A stretch of DNA of 64,000 nucleotides from Tubulanus polymorphus (lineage: Eukaryota; Animalia; Nemertea), in assembly GCF_964204645.1 (NCBI RefSeq), contig NC_134031.1, forward strand, positions 21,262,910-21,326,909, in the 5' to 3' direction. Every line of letters starts with the position of its first letter. Positions within the stretch are counted from its first letter, which is position 1. A model generated the notes under the pieces. That model saw only the letters and a program-made list of their open reading frames with translations. It was not told where the DNA came from and searched no databases. The position numbers and the translations under genes are program-made. Of the stretch, positions 1-11,300 are shown one piece after another.

Positions 1-138
1 TGCGACTCGTCTACACCTGAAATTGACTGCACGTCAAATGAATGAATTATTGAATGTAAATGACTGTGATGTTTAATGTTGATTAGAGGATTTGGACCAG
101 GGTGTCTGATATATACTGATGAATAGTTACTACATGAT

Positions 139-211
139 CGCCACCTATTGGAATTTTGCTGAACTACCAAATTATTGGATTGAACAGTATATCACAGACG
201 CCATCTATTAG
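139..211 (-). promoter_or_regulatory. Pair of CTCF-like motifs, same orientation, 60 bp apart
   Basis: The - strand reads CCAATAGGTGGCG (151-139) and CTAATAGATGGCG (211-199), 1 and 2 mismatches from the CCACTAGRTGGCG-type CTCF core. Motif match only. Confidence 0.3.
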
Positions 212-746
212 AAATTTAGAAATTGATGTCTTGAGTGTCAAAATAAACGTAAAATTTATTTTAGATAAACACTTAAAATCTTTCCCAAGTTGAGTCTGAA
301 CTGTTTGTTTTGATCTGAATGTAGTCGATCACAATATCTGAGTGACTGTCAAAACCCTTTCAGGATTGGCACTTAACTATCCTATGAGTACAGAGATGAT
401 TTTGATAAAACCAGTGTCTCTGGTAAACTTTGCATCATTCAGAATCTACTCAATCAAAATAAAGAAACTTGAAACCAAATTTGAGAATCTATATGCGTTG
501 TCATGGTGATGGCAAGGTGAAATCTGGATCTGAGTTCGGGGAAAATAGTAATTCCTCAAAACAGAGCCAAATTTCATACTGAAATCAATAACTACACTTA
601 TTTTTCATCGATATGATAACAGAATGAATTTATTTGAGCAAAATATTTCATAGAAATTTGTCACAAAAATATAGAACTTGACCTCGAATGATATGAAAGG
701 GTGTTGAGTCTGGGTGACCTCTAGATACTTCAGATCGCACAGATGC

Positions 747-773
747 TGATGATGATGATGATGATGATGATGA
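747..773. repeat. (TGA)9 microsatellite
   Basis: Perfect trinucleotide run read directly. Confidence 0.95.
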
Positions 774-1108
774 AAACTGTTATTTGTGTTCTCCTCTTCT
801 TCAGAATCAGACTAAAATAGATCAAGAAAAGATATCTGTATTTTTATTTTAAGAGTCATTATCAGGCCACACCGAGGGGTAGGGTGAGAGGTTTGAGACG
901 GAAAACCCGATTCATAATAAATGAATGGTCCCACATCTCAAATATTACTATATATATTACTAAAACCTCCTAAAATCCAGTTGCTACCTGGTTCAAGTTG
1001 ACGTGTTTTGACTACATGTAATTTGACCAGTAACTTTGTGCCCCACACCAAATCCAGATTTATCAAAGTGACGTAGTAAACAGTACCAAACAATATATCT
1101 ACCCGTAC

Positions 1109-1200
1109 CTGAATTGAGGGATCACTTGTTCACCTCATTGCCAAACAGTTATTCCGGCTGGAACTCCCTGATGACTGCAGTTATTTAGTAGAGCATCACC
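1109..1200 (-). other. Candidate 92-nt non-coding (5'UTR-type) exon of a divergent - strand transcript
   Basis: On the - strand, acceptor TTTATTTCAG|G at 1201/1200 and donor CAG|GTACGG at 1109/1108. All three frames contain a stop. A further - strand acceptor ATTTCAG|G lies at 17/16. Confidence 0.4.
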
Positions 1201-1729
1201 CTGAAATAAACACAGAAACCTGTCTGTCAGAGAAAGCACTCTAAAATCCAGGGTATCCACCGCGGGGTCAAATCTGTAAACAGTATCTCATGAGACCAGT
1301 ATTTAGCGCCTAATCGTATCGAAGGAGTCTCTACGAACCTGTTCGCTGGACGTTCGTCGCCCGATAGTTTATCGAGACAATTATATGCCCTCCATATGAT
1401 TTCTTCAGTCAGTTTTTATGTCACATCGTCTCGTGTACGACGCCGTCTCTATAATGAGATCACAAACATAGACTCGCCCAGTGAGAGGGTAGTCGGCGTC
1501 TTCAAGTCCCGACTTCCAGAATATCATAAAAAAAACTACCATTAACCAGTACCCCTAAAACCTCAATCAGTTAAGTATCAAAGCTGAAACAACCCCCGAC
1601 TCGATATTTCAAGAGAAAACGTATCAAATACGCCCAGCCCATCCCGCTGTCGCAATAGCTCATCCCCCTATTGTTACAACACAATAGAACACGCCACAAT
1701 TGAAATATCCCGCGCACTAGCAATAGACG

Positions 1730-1840
1730 ATATCCCCCAATTGAGATTGATTAGCCAATCAGCGGCCGCGTACTAAAGCGTGTCTGGGCTTGTCGCAGGC
1801 GCCGGGAAATTCGAGATTCGCTATTCTGATTGGATTTCAC
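1730..1840. promoter_or_regulatory. CpG-enriched promoter with NF-Y (CCAAT) boxes, possibly bidirectional
   Basis: AGCCAATCAGC (CCAAT at 1755-1759) is a strong NF-Y match, inverted CTGATTGG lies at 1826-1833, and another CCAAT at 1737-1741. GCGGCCGCG and an E2F-like GCGCCGGGAAA (~1799-1809) sit in locally CpG-rich DNA within an AT-rich background. Splice signals face outward on both sides. Confidence 0.6.
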
Positions 1841-1849
1841 TCGCAAAGG

Positions 1850-2063
1850 AATACAATACGGAGAAAATGTTTTATAGGAGGTTTTTAGTGAATAAATGGA
1901 ATATTTTCAATCGAAATGTGATAAAAATATTGCTATTTTGCGAATGGATTTCATGAAAATTCTTAGACTGGACACGGAATTAAATTTACTTCAAAACGTG
2001 GGATTGGATGAACTTAAATAATCACTGGATCCACGTCGGAATCTGAGAAAACGTTGCAGTTGT
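1850..2063 (+). other. Candidate first (5'UTR) exon of + strand gene; start approximate
   Basis: Lies directly downstream of the CCAAT boxes and ends at two overlapping consensus donors, GTAAGT at 2064-2069 and 2068-2073. Only short ORFs are present. Confidence 0.45.
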
Positions 2064-2456
2064 GTAAGTAAGTTTTTTTTGTATCAACGATGGATTTATC
2101 ATTCTATACTTTAGGGATATGTTTTTCTTGAACAATATTTAGAAAGTAAGGTAAAGTTTGAAATTTGCTCGTTACAAAATGCAACTTAAATTTACTAACG
2201 ACTGGACTAATTTGACCCAACAATCAATATAGTGCTTTATGCATAAATTCAGCGCGATATTTCTCTTTAAAAAACCTCAGTCATCCTCATTAATCTGGGT
2301 GTCTAGTTGACTGATACAAATTACGTAACAGTAAAACAACAAACTGCGTTACGATGATGAACTGTGTTTTTATGTCGGTTTGATAGTTTATACGAGTTGA
2401 ATTTACATAAATAGATTATTAGGAATTAAACTCAGGAATATTTTGAGAGAGACTCA

Positions 2457-2646
2457 GTAAGAGAGCGGTTCTGCATTAGAGACACAGGGCGGGGTAAGAG
2501 AGCGGTGCCGCATTAGAGACACAGGGCGGGGTAAGAGAGCGGTGCCGCATTAGAGACACAGGGCGGGGTAAGAGAGCGGTGCCGCATTATAGACACAGGG
2601 CGGGGTAAGAGAGCGGTGCCGCACTATAGACACAGGGCGGGGTAAG
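2457..2646. repeat. 37-bp GC-rich minisatellite, 5 copies plus a partial sixth
   Basis: Unit GTAAGAGAGCGGTGCCGCATTAGAGACACAGGGCGGG starts at 2457, 2494, 2531, 2568 and 2605, with a partial copy at 2642. Confidence 0.97.
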
Positions 2647-3314
2647 CTGTGTTTTAGGTCGCGCTCTATTATCAACTACATCTCATTTTGCTGATAATCA
2701 CTGATCAGCTCTTACAATAACTCAGTATACTAGTTTGATTCTTGATATAAAGAAAAGTCGAGGGCAGTAGGGATTTGTACTGGTATCAGGGGTAGATAGC
2801 AGATTGCAGAACTAGTTTCACTCGTTTCAGTATGAATCAGTTATGACAAAATGAGACAATTTGTAGACTGCGTTATGTTTTCCAGGGTTTGATTAGCTTA
2901 AAGTTGTATGATCGACAAATTGGTTACACATATTAATTTACTGATCTAAAGTTTATACATTGGTTAAATGGGACATTCGAAATAAATTCAAGTTAAATGA
3001 TTTTCAACTAATAAAGCTACGATAGCGGTGTTGCATTAGTTCATCACGCAGGAACCTGTCACAAAATCATACACAGATACATTCAGTATTAAAACGGTCC
3101 AGTTTGAGATGATATTGATATTGTATTGTTAATGATTTGCGTATAGTGACCTGCATTGAGTTTACGATGTAAAGAAGATGATTTATAGTCTCGTGAAATG
3201 TGTCAAATGTCATTGTTTATTGTTCTCGGACAATACGATACAAATGCCTACGTGATGCGCGTTCAAACGGTTTCATCCAGTTTAGATATTCATATTTTGT
3301 ATCAGTTAGCCAAA

Positions 3315-3392
3315 CACCGACGAGTATGACTAACTTTGTATCCAATCACTGACGAGTATGACTAATTATGCGTCGAATCATTGATGAGGATG
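3315..3392. repeat. Degenerate 32-bp tandem repeat, about 2.4 copies
   Basis: GACGAGTATGACTAA at 3319 and 3351, and a decayed GATGAGGATG at 3383. Confidence 0.8.
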
Positions 3393-3885
3393 TTTTGGAA
3401 GCTGGACCCGGTGTTGGCGGCGCCGACGCCTCATGAAAATATAAATTAATCATTAAAATTCAAATTTCAAGTTAAATCAATTGCTATAAGATATTTCTAT
3501 AGTATCTGATTTATACTGATACATACTTCATACAGTTCGGAATGGATTGATTTCAGCAGAGCCGCGCAGTTTATAGAGCGAAGATGGATTATGACCAGTG
3601 ACCCAATAGTTAGATAATATGAAATATGAAGCTTCATTGTGTTCGACCATTCTTGTCGTTCGTTGTGTCCAGCACAGATTATTACATCTGGGTGTCAAGT
3701 GTACATTATTCATATGACTGTCGGACTTAGAGGTGCTCGCACGTCATGACTACAGTAAAAATCAGACATTTTAACATACCTACCTCTTGTGAACATATAT
3801 ACGGATTTATTCTGAATGGAATCGATTAATATGACCTGTTCTCAAAAACTGTGAACTGTTACTGGAAACTAAATTTCTTATTCAG

Positions 3886-3971
3886 GATTCCGGCACGTTA
3901 TTGAAAACACAAGGATTCAAATTGACTCAAAGATTATCATTGGATTCAACACACACAGGATTGGATAAACT
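3886..3971 (+). other. Candidate internal 86-nt exon, probably 5'UTR
   Basis: Acceptor TTTCTTATTCAG|G at 3885/3886 with a CTAAA branch-like motif upstream, and donor CT|GTAAGT at 3971/3972. One frame is open, but splicing it to 5236 gives an immediate TAA in that frame. Confidence 0.55.
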
Positions 3972-3989
3972 GTAAGTTAGAAAAAAATT

Positions 3990-4677
3990 AACAGCTGAAA
4001 TTATGTTTTATAGGTTTAGTTAGTTATTAGGAACTTACTCGGTGAGTTAGTAAGTTATAGTATTACATGGAAATATAATGGGTTAATTTAAGTGATGAAA
4101 TTAGGGTGCTATGCGTGGTGTCCTGGGAGTTCTCAGTTGGAGGAAGCTGTTTGTTTATTCTGATGCTTAATATCTTAATTTCAGGATCCTGTATTTCATG
4201 CTTCTTTTTTTCCAGGGTTTCTCTCTATTCTATTTCCAGGTGTTTTTCTTTTTTTCAGAATTTCGGTTTTTTAAATCTATTGCTTTACTAGACAACGCCT
4301 ATTATGTAAATAAATTATTTGAAATAAACATGACAATTTCAGGGTCATCGCTGAGACAAGACCCCAGAGGACTAGGCCACAGAGTACGTGTCTTCACCCC
4401 CAGCACACAAAAGAGTGGTCCGATTCAGGTGCGGCCTGTATATTCTATTTCAGTGAAAAGACCAAGACCCCCTAGTCACAGAAGATTGAAACTGAAGTTG
4501 AATGATGATGACAGAGTGACTGAAGAACTCCGGTGCGACCTGTATAACATGTCTCTATTTCAGTATCCCCCTCCCTAACCCCTAAACCCGAGCCCGAATA
4601 GGTAGGCCGAATATATATAGGTTAGGTTAGAATAGTTAGTTGATAAATCTGTGAATTGAAACATAATTTCAGCTGTT
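3990..4677. mobile_element. Putative non-autonomous TIR element (MITE-like), about 690 bp
   Basis: Perfect 19-bp inverted repeat AACAGCTGAAATTATGTTT (3990-4008) / AAACATAATTTCAGCTGTT (4659-4677). Read as a 17-bp TIR starting CAGCTG, it is flanked by TTAA (3988-3991) and TTGA (4676-4679), a possible decayed TTAA target duplication. GTTAG/GGTTA low-complexity tracts lie inside both ends. No transposase is seen. Confidence 0.55.
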
Positions 4678-5249
4678 GATATAAAATGCAGTTGTAATTT
4701 CAAGTGGAACCTTTTAACAATAAAAAGTTGCATTTATTTACAATGAACTGGATTGAAAATGTTTGACAGTTTGTGAGTTAAGTGTGATTTGATTAAGATG
4801 AAGAGTTGAACTGTTGAACTCTACTTCTTATAAAATACAAATGACATTTACTTACGTACAACTGGTTTCAGGTTCAGACAGCACCCACCCCACCCGGTCG
4901 GGTCCTATTCCTGTGGTACCTGGGTTTCTGGTTTATTTGGTTGAATTAATTTACTGATTTTGGTCGCGCTGTTTTTGATGTCGATATTTCTCGCGTATAT
5001 TTTTAGAAGACGCAGTTTGTAATGTTGAAGTTTAGTTTAATTGATGATTCAAATCATTGAATAATTATATATTTAAATAATCCACACCTTGTTATTTTGA
5101 GGTCTCCTCTCAAATTAATCTCGTAATAGCAGCGGTTGTTTTCGTACCATTGAACATCAGTGTTTTATTGCAAACATAGAAATTCATTACATGAAACAGA
5201 ATTAGAGTCAACAATTTATTACTATTATTCTATAGATTATAAATGTTGG

Positions 5250-5322
5250 ATGTGGCTCGACCTTTTAAGTCATCATTTCAAAGTCATTTCGTGCTGTTTG
5301 ATTTTTCTCACGGCAAGTCTAG
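5250..5322 (+). CDS. Partial CDS: candidate first coding segment (exon 5236-5322) encoding a signal-peptide-like N-terminus, MWLDLLSHHFKVISCCLIFLTASL; the rest of the gene is not in the window
   Basis: Acceptor CTATTATTCTATAG| at 5235/5236, ATG at 5250, 24 codons with a hydrophobic core (VISCCLIFLTASL), then a phase-1 donor TAG|GTAGGT at 5322/5323. Phase-1 introns near signal-peptide ends are common in metazoan secreted proteins. An out-of-frame ATG at 5243 also reads open to the donor. Confidence 0.45.
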
Positions 5323-8300
5323 GTAGGTAGGTCTCTGCCAATTGTAATTTTACGGGGTCAGTTACTCCAATTTCACGACCCTCTTATTGTATTAAAGAAG
5401 TTTCAAAATTCACGATAAACAATAGATTCTCAGAATCAGAATTTTCTGGCTGCTTTTGGTTCTGAAGATGATGAATTCTATCTTAATTGATGGGTTAAGG
5501 CGTATTGAACTGATTTCAAATAGATAGGTTGAAAGAACCAGAATTTTCTGGCTGCTTTTGGTTCTGAAGATGATGGATTCAATCTGAAAAGATGGGTTAA
5601 GGCGTATTGAACTGATTTCAAATAGATAGGTGGAAAGATTCAGAATTTTCTGGGTACTTATGCTCCTGAAGATGATGGACTCGATCTGAAATGATAGGTT
5701 AAGGTAAACTGAACTGATTTCGAGTAGATGGACTGAAAGATACAGATTTTTCTTGCAAAGTAGGGTCCTAAAGATGATGAGTTCTATCTTAATTGATTGG
5801 TTAGGGTGTACTGAACTGATTTCAAATAGATAGGTGGAAAGATTAAGAATTTTCTGGCTATTTATGCTCCTGAAGATGATGGACTCGATCTGAAACGATA
5901 GGTTAAGGTAAACTGAACTGATTTCGTGTAGATGGACTGAAAGATACAGATTTTTCTTGCAAAATAGGGTCCTAAAGATGATGAATTCTATCTTAATTGA
6001 TGGGTTAGGGTGTACTGAACTGATTTCAAATAGATAGGTTGAAAGAATCAGAATTTTCTGGCTGCTTTTGGGTCTGAAGATGATGGATTCAATCTGAAAA
6101 AGTGTGTTAAGGCGTATTGAACTGATTTCAAATAGATAGGTGGAAAGATTAAGAATTTTCTGGCTATTTATGCTCCTGAAGATGATGGACTCGATCTGAA
6201 ATGATAGGTTAAGGTAAACTGAACTGATTTCGAGTAGATGGACTGAAAGATACAGATTTTTCTTGCAAAATAGGGTCCTAAAGATGATGAGTTCTATCTT
6301 AATTGATGGGGTAGGGTGTACTGAACTGATTTCAAATAGATAGGTTTAAAGAATCAGAATTTTCTGGCTGCTTTTGGTTCTGAAGATGATGGATTCAATC
6401 TGAAAAGATGTGTTAAGGCGTATTGAACTGATTTCAAATAGATAGGTGGAAAGAATCAGAATTTTCTGGCTGCTTTTGGTTCTGAAGATGATGGACTCAA
6501 TCTGAAAAGATGGGCTAAGGCGTATTGAACTGATTTCAAATAGATAGGTGGAAAGATTAAGAATTTTCTGGCTATTTATGCTCCTGAAGATGATGGACTC
6601 GATCTGAAATGATAGGTTAAGGTAAACTGAACTGATTTCGAGTAGATGGACTGAAAGATACAGATTTTTCTTGCAAAATAGGGTCCTAAAGATGATGAAT
6701 TCTATCTTAATTGATGGGTTAGGGTGTACTGAACTGATTTCAAATAGATAGGTTGAAAGAATCAGAATTTTCTGGCTGCTTTTGGGTCTGAAGATGATGG
6801 ATTCAATCTGAAAAAGTGTGTTAAGGCGTATTGAACTGATTTCAAATAGATAGGTGGAAAGATTAAGAATTTTCTGGCTATTTATGCTCCTGAAGATGAT
6901 GGACTCGATCTGAAATGATAGGTTAAGGTAGACTGAACTGATTTCGAGTAGATGGACTGAAAGATACAGATTTTTCTTGCAAAATAGGGTCCTAAAGACG
7001 ATGAATTCTATCTTAATTGATGGGTTAGGGTGAACTGAACTGATTTCAAATAGATGGGTGGAAAGAATCAGAATTTTCTGGCTGCCTTTGGTTCTGAAGA
7101 TGATGGACTCAATCTGAAAAGATGGGCTGAGGCGTATTGAACTGATTTCAAATAGATAGGTGGAAAGATTAAGAATTTTCTGGCTATTTATGCTCCTGAA
7201 GATGATGGACTCGATCTGAAATGATAGGTTAAGGTAAACTGAACTGATTTCGAGTAGATGGACTGAAAGATACAGATTTTTCTTGCAAAATAGGGTCCTA
7301 AAGATGATGAATTCTATCTTAATTGATGGGTAAGGGTGTACTGAACTGATATCAAATAGATAGGTTGAAAGAATCAGAATTTTCTGGCTGCCTTTGGTTC
7401 TGAAGATGATGGATTCAATCTGAAAAGATGGGTTAAGGCGTATTGAACTGATTTCAAATAGATAGGTGGAAAGATTAAGAATTTTCTGGCTATTTATGCT
7501 CCTGAAGATGATGGACTCGATCTGAAATGATAGGTTAAGGTAGACTGAACTGATTTCGAGTAGATGGATTGAAAGATACAGATTTTTCTTGCAAAATAGG
7601 GTCCTAAAGATGATGAGTTCTATCTTAATTGATGGGGTAGGGTGTACTGAACTGATTTCAAATAGATAGGTTTAAAGAATCAGAATTTTCTGGCTGCTTT
7701 TGGTTCTGAAGATGATGGATTCAATCTGAAAAGATGTGTTAAGGCGTATTGAACTGATTTCAAATAGATAGGTGGAAAGAATAAGAATTTTCTGGCTGCT
7801 TTTGGTTCTGAAGATGATGGACTCAATCTGAAAAGATGGGCTAAGGCGTATTGAACTGATTTCAAATAGATAGGTGGAAAGATTAAGAATTTTCTGGCTA
7901 TTTATGCTCCTGAAGATGATGGACTCGATCTGAAATGATAGGTTAAGGTAAAGTGAACTGATTTCGAGTAGATGGACTGAAAGATACAGATTTTTCTTGC
8001 AAAATAGGGTCCTAAAGATGATGAATTCTATCTTAATTGATGGGTTAGGGTGTACTGAACTGATTTCAAATAGATAGGTTGAAAGAATCAGAATTTTCTG
8101 GCTGCTTTTGGTTCTGAAGATGATGGATTCAATCTGAAAAGATTTGTTAAGGCGTATTGAACTGATTTCAAATAGATAGATGGAAAGATTAAGAATTTTC
8201 TGGCTATTTATGCTCCTGAAGATGATGGACTCGTTCTGAAATGATAGGTTAGGTAGACTGAACTGATTTCGAGTAGATGGACTGAAAGATACAGATTTTT

Positions 8301-11300
8301 CTTGCAAAATAGGGTCCTAAAGATGATGAGTTCTATCTTAATTGATGGGTTAGGGTGTACTGAACTGATTTCAAATAGATAGGTGGAAAGATTAAGAATT
8401 TTCTGGTTATTTATGCTCCTGAAGATGATGGACTCGATCTGAAATGATAGGTTAAGGTAAACTGAACTGATTTCGAGTAGATGGACTGAAAGATACAGAT
8501 TTTTCTTGCAAAATAGGGTCCTAAAGATGAAGAGTTCTATCTTAATTGATGGGTTAGGGTGTACTGAACTGATTTCAAATAGATAGGTGGAAAGATTAAG
8601 AATTTTCTGGCTATTTATGCTCCTGAAGATGATGGACTCGATCTGAAATGATAGGTTAAGGTAAACTGAACTGATTTCGAGTAGATGGACTGAAAGATAC
8701 AGATTTTTCTTGCAAAATAGGGTCCTAAAGATGATGAATTCTATCTTAATTGATGGGTTAGGGTGTACTGAACTGATTTCAAATAGATAGGTTGAAAGAA
8801 TCAGATTTTTCTGGCTGCCTTTGGTTCTGAAGATGATGGACTCAATCTGAAAAGATGGGCTAAGGCGAATTGAACTGATTTCAAATAGATAGGTGGTAAG
8901 ATTAAGAATTTTCTGGCTGTTTATGCTCCTGAAGATGATGGACTCGATCTGAAATGATAGGTTAAGGTAAACTGAACTGATTTCGAGTAGATGGACTGAA
9001 AGATACAGATTTTTCTTGCAAAATAGGGTCCTAAAGATGATGAATTCTATCTTAATTGATGGGTTAGGGTGTACTGAACTGATTTCAAATAGATAGGTTT
9101 AAAGAATCAGAATTTTCTGGCTGCTTTTGGTTCTGAAGATGATGGATTCAATCTGAAAAGATGTGTTAAGGCGTATTGAACTGATTTCAAATAGATAGGT
9201 GGAAAGAATCAGAATTTTCTGGCTGCCTTTGGTTCTGAAGATGATGGACTCAATCTGAAAAGATGGGCTAAGGCGTATTGAACTGATTTCAAATAGATAG
9301 GTGCAAAGATTAAGAATTTTCTGGCTATTTATGCTCCTGAAGATGATGGACTCGATCTGAAATGATAGGTTAAGGTAAACTGAACTGATTTCGAGTAGAT
9401 GGACTGAAAGATACAGATTTTTCTTGCAAAATAGGGTCCTAAAGATGATGAATTCTATCTTAATTGATGGGTTAGGGTGTACTGAACTGATTTCAAATAG
9501 ATAGGTTGAAAGAATCAGAATTTTCTGGCTGCTTTTGGGTCTGAAGATGATGGATTCAATCTGAAAAAGTGTGTTAAGGCGTATTGAACTGATTTCAAAT
9601 AGATAGGTGGAAAGATTAAGAATTTTCTGGCTATTTATGCTCCTGAAGATGATGGACTCGATCTGAAATGATAGGTTAAGGTAGACTGAACTGATTTCGA
9701 GTAGATGGACTGAAAGATACAGATTTTTCTTGCAAAATAGGGTCCTAAAGACGATGAATTCTATCTTAATTGATGGGTTAGGGTGAACTGAACTGATTTC
9801 AAATAGATGGGTGGAAAGAATCAGAATTTTCTGGCTGCCTTTGGTTCTGAAGATGATGGACTCAATCTGAAAAGATGGGCTGAGGCGTATTGAACTGATT
9901 TCAAATAGATAGGTGGAAAGATTAAGAATTTTCTGGCTATTTATGCTCCTGAAGATGATGGACTCGATCTGAAATGATAGGTTAAGGTAAACTGAACTGA
10001 TTTCGAGTAGATGGACTGAAAGATACAGATTTTTCTTGCAAAATAGGGTCCTAAAGATGATGAATTCTATCTTAATTGATGGGTAAGGGTGTACTGAACT
10101 GATTTCAAATAGATAGGTTGAAAGAATCAGAATTTTCTGGCTGCTTTTGGTTCTGAAGATGATGGATTCAATCTGGAAAGATGTGTTAAGGCGTATTGAA
10201 CTGATTTCAAATAGATAGGTGGAAAGATTAAGAATTTTCTGGCTATTTATGCTCCTGAAGATGATGGACTCGATCTGAAATGATAGGTTAGGTAAACTGA
10301 ACTGATTTCGAGCAGATGGACTGAAAGATACAGATTTTTCTTGCAAAATAGGGTCCTAAAGATGATGAATTCTATCTTAATTGATGGGTTAGGGTGTACT
10401 GAACTGATTTCAAATAGATAGGTGGAAAGAATCAGAATTTTCTGGCTGCCTTTGGTTCTGAAGATGATGTACTCAATCTGAAAAGATGGGCTAAGGCGTA
10501 TTGAACTGATTTCAAATAGATAGGTGGAAAGATTAAGAATTTTCTGGCTATTTATGCTCCTGAAGATGATGGACTCGATCTGAAATGATAGGTTAAGGTA
10601 AACTGAACTGATTTCGAGTAGATGGACTGAAAGATACAGATTTTTCTTGCAAAATAGGGTCCTAAAGATGATGAATTCTATCTTAATTGATGGGTTAGGG
10701 TGAACTGAACTGATTTCAAATAGATAGGTTGAAAGAATCAGAATTTTCTGGCTGCTTTTGGTTCTGAAGATGATGGATTCAATCTGAAAAGATGTGTTAA
10801 GGCGTATTGAACTGATTTCAAATAGATAGGTGGAAAGATTAAGAATTTTCTGGCTATTTATGCTCCTGAAGATGATGGACTCGATCTGAAATGATAGGTT
10901 AAGGTAGACTGAACTGATTTCGAGTAGATGGACTGAAAGATACAGATTTTTCTTGCAAAATAGGGTCCTATAGATGATGAGTTCTATCTTAATTGATGGG
11001 TTAGGGTGTACTGAACTGATTTCAAATAGATAGGTGGAAAGATTAAGAATTTTCTGGCTATTTATGCTCCTGAAGATGATGGACTCGACCTGAAATGATA
11101 GGTTAAGGTAAACTGAACTGATTTCGAGCAGATGAACTGAAAGATACAGATTTTTCTTGCAAAATAGGGTCCTAAAGATGATGAATTCTATCTTAATTGA
11201 TGGGTTAGGGTGTACTGAACTGATTTCAAATAGATAGGTGGAAAGATTAAGAATTTTCTGGCTATTTATGCTCCTGAAGATGATGGACTCGACCTGAAAT

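Noticed and set aside
1896-2021. 41-aa ORF (MEYFQSKCDK...) in the putative first exon
   Set aside because: It stops before the splice donor and resembles nothing I recognise; at most an upstream ORF.
3528-3713. 61-aa - strand ORF
   Set aside because: Short, with no recognisable motif or supporting gene structure; consistent with a chance ORF in a putative intron.
4198-4578. 126-aa + strand ORF, and the overlapping 4106-4291 ORF, as stand-alone genes
   Set aside because: The N-terminal halves are translated polypyrimidine tracts (F/S-rich), no domain is recognisable, and both lie inside the TIR-bounded element.
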